Origin: Candidatus Melainabacteria bacterium 17Bon1m
GTDB lineage: Bacteria; Cyanobacteriota; Vampirovibrionia; Obscuribacterales; Obscuribacteraceae
Length of the DNA stretch: 64,000 nucleotides
NCBI GenBank assembly: GCA_032128875.1
Contig: JAVLKG010000001.1
Span: 448,001 to 512,000, forward strand
Direction: 5' to 3'
Shown: in pieces, positions 58,483 to 64,000 of the stretch
Numbering within the stretch: the stretch's first letter is position 1
How the letters are laid out: each line of letters begins with the position of its first letter
Notes under the pieces: model-generated
Database searches by the model: none
What the model was told of the DNA's origin: nothing
Seen by the model: only the letters and a program-made list of their open reading frames with translations
Position numbers and translations under genes: made by a program

Positions 58483-59184
58483 CTAATCGCGCAGTCCTAT
58501 GAAGGTTTGGATCACAATGGCGTGGTTTGCCTGATCGTCGAAATTGTCCGTCCTGTTTACATACTGCAACTGGTAACCAACCTCAACTCGGCTTCTTTTA
58601 ATGGATTTTAGACCTACGCCAAAGAAGCATCGGTTTTGGTCGATACCTGCTTCTGGTCCGCCATTCAGGGTGTTCAGGTTTATAAATAGCTCGTCTTGAG
58701 CGGTCAGGTACATACGCTTGTTTACGTTGTAATTCAACTTCACGAGGTATCGCAGTCTGTTGCTGACGCCATTAACACCGCCCAAGAAGCGCTGTTCACT
58801 ACGGATTCTGTTGTACAGGGAGAATCTTTTGATTGGCTTGTGATACAAAACCTGCTGCCAGATGCGGTTTTCATGCACGACCTGACTATTTTGGTTGCTG
58901 TAATTTGTTTGCCAGAGATATCCTGCAAAAAAGCCCAAATTATCTGTTTGTCTCCACTCGAGACCAGGTCGAACCAGTAGCTGGCTTATCTGCGAGACGT
59001 TGTACCCTATCCGGGGCGCGACCTCGAAATAACCTCTAAGCTTGCCTTTGATTGGCTCGTCCAACGTCACCGGAGTCCAAAGCTGCATGTCGTGATCGAC
59101 GTTAGCTCTTGCGGCATTAGGTAACGCCGTGCATGCCACTAACAATGCACACGGTAATATCCAACGCCGCGCCCTTACTTTCAT
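58483..59184 (-). CDS. DUF2490-like outer-membrane beta-barrel protein
   Basis: Signal peptide; ENRIWQQ, RSEQRF, RLRY, DELFINLN, DQNR. Confidence 0.8.
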   Translation of the reverse strand: MKVRARRWILPCALLVACTALPNAARANVDHDMQLWTPVTLDEPIKGKLRGYFEVAPRIGYNVSQISQLLVRPGLEWRQTDNLGFFAGYLWQTNYSNQNSQVVHENRIWQQVLYHKPIKRFSLYNRIRSEQRFLGGVNGVSNRLRYLVKLNYNVNKRMYLTAQDELFINLNTLNGGPEAGIDQNRCFFGVGLKSIKRSRVEVGYQLQYVNRTDNFDDQANHAIVIQTFIGLRD

Positions 59185-59253
59185 CCGACTTACCGAGGTA
59201 CCCACATGGATCGCACAGCGAATCACCGGCTACATTGTTGCACAGGATTGTCC

Positions 59254-60558
59254 CTAATCTTTCTCGTTTTCTTGTCTGCCGCCGGTTCTAATAATGCAGG
59301 TGTGTGCGCCACGTCCCTTTACTTTGCTGACCGCAATCGTCAAGCTTTTGTACTTGAAGTTATCTCCAACGCGCGGCGGTCGCTGAAGTCTGTCTAAGAC
59401 CAACCCGCTCAGCGTCTCGATGGCTTCTTCTTGCATGGAAATTTCCAAGTATTCTTCCAGCTCGTACAGGTGAACAGTTCCGTCTACTCTCAATGAACCG
59501 TTCTCCAGCCATTCTATCTTGTGTCGCGTGATAGACTCGTCAATTTCGCGGATGACCTCTTCAAATATGTCATCGGTGCTGATGATACCGGCTGTTCCAC
59601 CGTACTCATCAAGCACGACGGCCATGTGGGTGCGATATTCACGCATCGACTCCAGAACGTTTTTCAGCGGTGACGACAAAGGAACGAAAGGCACAGGATT
59701 AACGGTCAGGGCGTTGTCGTTGTATTCTTCGAGCAGAGCTGCAAGATCTTTGATATGAACAACGCCAATGATGTTGTCTTTATCTTCTGTATAAACTGGA
59801 AATCGAGAATGCGTTGCAGTTCGAATGCACTCGTCCAATTGCTCTTTTGATGGGCGCACCGGCAATGCTGTCACATGAACTCGAGGCACCATGATGTCTT
59901 CTGCGACAAGTTCGCCAAAATCGAACATTTGTTTTATCACTGTACCGATTTCATCGCTGATAATTCCTTCTGTTTCACTCTCTTCTAAAATCAATTGAAT
60001 TTCGTCTGCGGAAAAGGCAGGCACACTAGACTTTGAACGGTCGATTCCAAAAAAAGTTTTCAATAAAAAGGTATTGAGTCCATTCAAAACGTAAATAATC
60101 GGTTTGAATAACGACATGCAGAACAGCATCGGTCGGATTAGTAGAAACATCACCAGCTCTGACTTTTGAAGAGCCAATGATTTTGGAACGATCTCACCGA
60201 GAACGACATGCATATAAGTGAGCAAAACCAGCGATAGAATACTCGCTACGAGGTGTACCGCAGTAAGCTCAACGATGCCTGTCGCGCTCAACTGTTGTGT
60301 GATCCAGTGTGCAATCACTTCCTCGCCGTACATACCCAGCGCCAAACTGGCGATAGTGATACCGACTTGAGACGCCGCAATATACCGGTCTTGTCGTGCA
60401 GGCTCTTTGATGACCGCGATAATTTGTTGTGCGGTCTTGTCCCCATCTAGCGCGCGTTTTTCGATGGACTGTTTGGGCGCAACAACAGTCGCGAATTCAG
60501 ACGCCACAAAGAGAGCGTTGCAAAAGATCAAAAAGAAAATTATGCCGAGCTCAAACAT
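59254..60558 (-). CDS. CorC/TlyC (CNNM-CBS-CBS-CorC) family protein
   Basis: NALFVASEFA, QVGITIASLALG, GEIVPKS, HSRFPVY, VLDEYGGTAG. Confidence 0.92.
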   Translation of the reverse strand: MFELGIIFFLIFCNALFVASEFATVVAPKQSIEKRALDGDKTAQQIIAVIKEPARQDRYIAASQVGITIASLALGMYGEEVIAHWITQQLSATGIVELTAVHLVASILSLVLLTYMHVVLGEIVPKSLALQKSELVMFLLIRPMLFCMSLFKPIIYVLNGLNTFLLKTFFGIDRSKSSVPAFSADEIQLILEESETEGIISDEIGTVIKQMFDFGELVAEDIMVPRVHVTALPVRPSKEQLDECIRTATHSRFPVYTEDKDNIIGVVHIKDLAALLEEYNDNALTVNPVPFVPLSSPLKNVLESMREYRTHMAVVLDEYGGTAGIISTDDIFEEVIREIDESITRHKIEWLENGSLRVDGTVHLYELEEYLEISMQEEAIETLSGLVLDRLQRPPRVGDNFKYKSLTIAVSKVKGRGAHTCIIRTGGRQENEKD

Positions 60559-61891
60559 TTTGTGCCGTTCCCTTTCTTATCACGGTCACAATTGTGGCGG
60601 CATGATGTTCTACCTGCTCAACCGTAATGATGGCAGCCGGCAACTCAACGGTATCCCCTCTTTCTGGAACTCTTCCGAGTATTTCCATAACTAGTCCATT
60701 GATTGTTTCTGCTTCGCTGTCGTAATTTGCACCCAAAAACTTCGTTGCTCTGTGCAATTTATAATTGCCGGAGACGCGTATTCTTCCGTCCTCGAGTACT
60801 TCAAATATGTCCGGTTTCTTAAAGTTGGCGGCGTCGAAATCTTGAATAAGTTCTCCCAAAATATCGCCAACAGTAACAAGTCCGATCATGCTGCCGTGTT
60901 CGTCCATCACGAATGCGACATGAGAATGCTCTCGTTTTAGCAATGTGATTAAGCGGCTCAATGTTAGGTTTTCCGGAATAATTGGAGTCTTTGAAATAAG
61001 TTCTTCCAGTGAGCTTTTTTCACCTTTGTCAAACCAGGCCTGGATAACTTGTTTTACGTTTACACATCCAAGTACATCATCGACATCAGCACCGTGCACC
61101 ACTAGCCGAGTGTACGGGCTGCTCAAGGCACTGCGGTACGCTTCTTGCATGCTGAGTTTGCTAGATATTGAAAGCACATTCGGGCGCGGAATCATGATTT
61201 GCTTTGCGGTTTTTTCGCTGAGTTCGAGCGCCTGGTGCAAGCGTTCATGTTCTTCTGGTTCCAGTAATCCACCATCCTTGCTTTGCGCCAACAGCAAGGC
61301 AATCTCGTCCAGAGAATGAACGTGTTTGTGAGACGACGCGGGCACACCGAGCAGCTTTAATAGTGCGACTCCGCTGCCGTTGAATAGCCATATAAATGGG
61401 CGAAGTATTACAGACGCGACGCGCAACGGCCAGTACATGAATAACGCAATCGGCTCAGAGTGCGTCAGCGAAACCGACTTGGGAAGCAGTTCGCCGATGA
61501 GAATTTGCAGTAAGGTAAAAACGCCAAGAATCGCGACGGCCGCTACCGACTCGGCAAGGACGTGGTCGAGTTTGAAAACTTCAACTAGAAACGCAGCCCA
61601 GATCGGACCAAACTGTGTCTCAGTGTAGGCGCCCAGAACCAGGCTCGAAAAGGTGATGGCTATCTGACAAGTAGCGATATATTCGTCCAGCCTGCGAGGC
61701 GTTTCGAGAATCGGCAGGAGCGAGCTGGCCAACTTATTGCCTGACAAGGCAGCCTTGCGAATAATGGTTGTTCTGGCGGCGACTGTTGCGAATTCGGCTG
61801 CGACGAATATCGAATTGAGAAATATAAAACCTATTGCAATTGCCCAGACGCTTGTCATTACTGTTTTTGGACTACCCTTTGAAGTTGCCAT
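60551..61891 (-). CDS. CorC/TlyC (CNNM-CBS-CBS-CorC) family protein, tandem paralog
   Basis: NSIFVAAEFA, GELLPKS, MIPRP, MDEHG. Start at 61891 or 61858. Confidence 0.92.
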   Translation of the reverse strand: MATSKGSPKTVMTSVWAIAIGFIFLNSIFVAAEFATVAARTTIIRKAALSGNKLASSLLPILETPRRLDEYIATCQIAITFSSLVLGAYTETQFGPIWAAFLVEVFKLDHVLAESVAAVAILGVFTLLQILIGELLPKSVSLTHSEPIALFMYWPLRVASVILRPFIWLFNGSGVALLKLLGVPASSHKHVHSLDEIALLLAQSKDGGLLEPEEHERLHQALELSEKTAKQIMIPRPNVLSISSKLSMQEAYRSALSSPYTRLVVHGADVDDVLGCVNVKQVIQAWFDKGEKSSLEELISKTPIIPENLTLSRLITLLKREHSHVAFVMDEHGSMIGLVTVGDILGELIQDFDAANFKKPDIFEVLEDGRIRVSGNYKLHRATKFLGANYDSEAETINGLVMEILGRVPERGDTVELPAAIITVEQVEHHAATIVTVIRKGTAQNV

Positions 61892-62190
61892 TGGAACGCT
61901 TCTTAACGCTCCAAGAACATTCGTTTGTCGCCTTTTTGCTGCACCCTGGTCAGGTGTTGAGACACCCAAAAGGTACCGGAGTTCCTGCGCCTGCCTCATA
62001 CTTGAGTGTACTACTACCGCCTTTCATGAGGGGCACTACCTCTCCATGACGGTTCTAAACTCTGCGATAACACTCGCAAACCCGAGTCCTGGTTGCCTTT
62101 TGCGCACGTAACAAAAGGCTTTGTTTAGGGAACACATCAATTTTTAGTTGGTCCAACCAGTTGAAAGAAGGTAAAAACATTGGGGGCGTT

Positions 62191-62487
62191 ATGGCGAAAT
62201 CGAATCTTAATGAACCAAACAGAGGTGCGGGCAGGCAGCGCGGCAGTGAGAAGAGCCAGCGTGAAAAGGATTTGGAAGATAAAGCGAAGGGTCACGAGCA
62301 GTCCGGAGGAGAACAATCGAATCGGACACATCAAAATGAAGATGTACAAGCGGAGCGCGCCGATGTCGCTGCGAAATTTCGCGGAAATCAGAAAGGCTTC
62401 GGGAAGAATCAAGGGAAGGAAGCTGGCGATAGAAGTGCACCACATGGAACACGCGCCGAAGGTTCTGAACGCGGAAGTACGTTCTAG
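62191..62487 (+). CDS. Small hydrophilic, probably disordered protein
   Basis: G/E/Q/R/K-rich with almost no hydrophobic core; GGGG SD-like run. Confidence 0.6.
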   Translation: MAKSNLNEPNRGAGRQRGSEKSQREKDLEDKAKGHEQSGGEQSNRTHQNEDVQAERADVAAKFRGNQKGFGKNQGKEAGDRSAPHGTRAEGSERGSTF

Positions 62488-62510
62488 TCTCTCAGCCATT
62501 TGTGCGTTCG

Positions 62511-64000
62511 CTAAAAGTTGTTGCAAATTCCATTTGGAAGTTTCTCTTTCGGCAGAGGACATTTCTGTTTCAGATATGTGTAGCAAGATGGAAAGAGACG
62601 CTCGAACTCGTATGATTTGTGCTTTTCCTTCTCGTTCATGTAGAGGTAAGCAAACATGTCGGCGAACAGCTGAGAACACCCGCGCGTTCCACGCTCTCTC
62701 GCCCAGCGTTGTCTGTAAACCAAGTTTTTTGGCATACGGGCGAAATCATGCACATAACGGTGCTTAAAAACAAGGCTTAGAGATGGTTTTCCCAGGCAGT
62801 GATCGAATGCATGACCGAACTCGTGTAAGACAATTTCAGTTGAAGATTCTCTGCTGTAAGGAATGCAAGAGTTGTCTTCTCCAATAATGACCTGCTTCTT
62901 CTTTTGACTGTAAAGCCCTGCGCACTTTTCCAATTCAGGATCCCATTTTCCGTTTGAGTCTTTGTACAGAGGTATCGCATACTCTGCGATTGTTGGCGAA
63001 ATCACAACAGAAACACCATAGTCTTGTAGCTGCTCAAGCACTGGCTTTGGAATTATTTCAATCGCATCTTCTACGATCTGCTTGGAAGTATTCGAGCGAG
63101 TGGTCTGTCTCAGAATCGTTACTGGAATTGTCGGTTTTGATGTGTCTCTTGCCGGTGGCTTTGGTGGGTTCTTTAGGGATTGTTGGCTGGCTGGAGGCTC
63201 GAAGTGAAGAGCGGAGAAATATTCTTGTGCTGCTTCATTCCAGTTGTGAGTTGTGAGGTAGCAGTCTCCTTTTTGTTCATGATACTTGTAGTTATTTGGT
63301 ACAACCTTGAGCGCCAAATCGAATTGATTTACTGCTTGAAGCGGCATTTCCAAACTCTGCAATAGACGGGCCAAGGCATACCGCCTATTGGGACAAGTCG
63401 GCTCAGCATTAACAGCTCGCTGCCAATATTGAAGCCACATGGTGTCGTTTCTCTGCTCTCTGTAGCAAAGCCCGAGATACTGATATGCGTCTGCATAGGT
63501 TGGGTCGATTGCAATCGCTTTCTTGTAATGTTCGATAGCGGCTGGAATCTCGTTCTTGTACTGATGAAAAAATCCGGACGCAGTTTCGGACACAGCCGTC
63601 TCTGATTGATCCATTGATTTTGCCAACTCTAATTCTTTCAGTGCCTTTTCTGGTTTGTGATGGCGGCTAAAGTAACAGCTGCGTATAAAATGCGTTATGG
63701 TCGAATGGGGTTGTAGCTTCTGTGCTTTGTCGAGTTGCTCAAAGAATTCGTCCTCCTTTTTCATGTTCAAGTAACAATAGGCTCTCCAAATGTGTGAATC
63801 GTATTTGAGTAAAGAATCCTCTGGAACACATTCGAAATTGAATAAGGCACTAGGATAATTTTGTCTGTTTGACGCGAGCTGACCTTGGACATAGGGATCA
63901 CTTTGATTTGACGACAACTGCTCGCTCAACGCTTTGGCGTCTTCGGGGGCACGCCCAGCTTGAAGAGAGCATTGATACAGCATGACGCGCACAAACTCTT
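62511..64000 (-). CDS. TPR protein with C-terminal anthrax-lethal-factor-like (ATLF) zincin domain; probably 5'-truncated by the window
   Basis: Multiple TPRs; IPKPVLEQL...AGLY...LHEFGHAFD...QLFADMF. Confidence 0.8.
   Translation of the reverse strand, partial: EFVRVMLYQCSLQAGRAPEDAKALSEQLSSNQSDPYVQGQLASNRQNYPSALFNFECVPEDSLLKYDSHIWRAYCYLNMKKEDEFFEQLDKAQKLQPHSTITHFIRSCYFSRHHKPEKALKELELAKSMDQSETAVSETASGFFHQYKNEIPAAIEHYKKAIAIDPTYADAYQYLGLCYREQRNDTMWLQYWQRAVNAEPTCPNRRYALARLLQSLEMPLQAVNQFDLALKVVPNNYKYHEQKGDCYLTTHNWNEAAQEYFSALHFEPPASQQSLKNPPKPPARDTSKPTIPVTILRQTTRSNTSKQIVEDAIEIIPKPVLEQLQDYGVSVVISPTIAEYAIPLYKDSNGKWDPELEKCAGLYSQKKKQVIIGEDNSCIPYSRESSTEIVLHEFGHAFDHCLGKPSLSLVFKHRYVHDFARMPKNLVYRQRWARERGTRGCSQLFADMFAYLYMNEKEKHKSYEFERLFPSCYTYLKQKCPLPKEKLPNGICNNF

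Noticed and set aside
57082-58611. Long plus-strand ORFs of 252 and 221 aa (and similar shadow ORFs elsewhere)
   Set aside because: Antisense shadows of the well-supported sulP gene, with no motifs of their own.
62137-62767. Alternative overlapping ORFs of 180 and 195 aa
   Set aside because: They overlap better-supported genes and lack recognisable features.
1-64000. CRISPR arrays, tRNA/rRNA genes, prophage or defence systems
   Set aside because: None recognised by eye; covariance-model and HMM scans would be needed to exclude small RNAs.

Overview
Bacterial DNA of moderate GC content. NarL C-termini of the DDRTQAAVxAxRRG type and a cytochrome c6-like protein suggest a cyanobacteria-related lineage such as Melainabacteria/Vampirovibrionia, and no photosynthesis genes occur in the window; the taxonomy is inference only. 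Most of the window is a stress, low-oxygen and ion-homeostasis region. It holds a globin-coupled histidine kinase divergent from a NarL/LuxR regulator, a second near-identical orphan regulator, seven USP genes, ppsA, ftsH, two P-type ATPases, two SulP and two CorC/CNNM transporters, four c-type cytochromes, hemerythrin- and ferritin-like proteins, a metallothionein, a desaturase and an alpha-2-macroglobulin. An argF-argG-argH operon interrupts it. Best candidates for undescribed systems: (1) a complete ribosome-mediated arginine attenuator upstream of argFGH, with a sigma70 promoter, a 26-codon leader containing RRTRR, and 1:2, 2:3 and 3:4 hairpins; (2) a recurring 7-2-7 inverted-repeat operator in about ten intergenic regions, outlining a putative globin-sensed, DosR-analogous regulon; (3) a translationally coupled pair of histidine kinases with reciprocal catalytic defects; (4) several apparently inactivated enzyme folds (resolvase, beta-carbonic anhydrase, hemerythrin, ATLF peptidase) kept inside stress operons. 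No rRNA, tRNA, CRISPR array or intact mobile element was recognised. All calls come from reading motifs by eye, and many start codons were adjusted using Shine-Dalgarno (SD) context.
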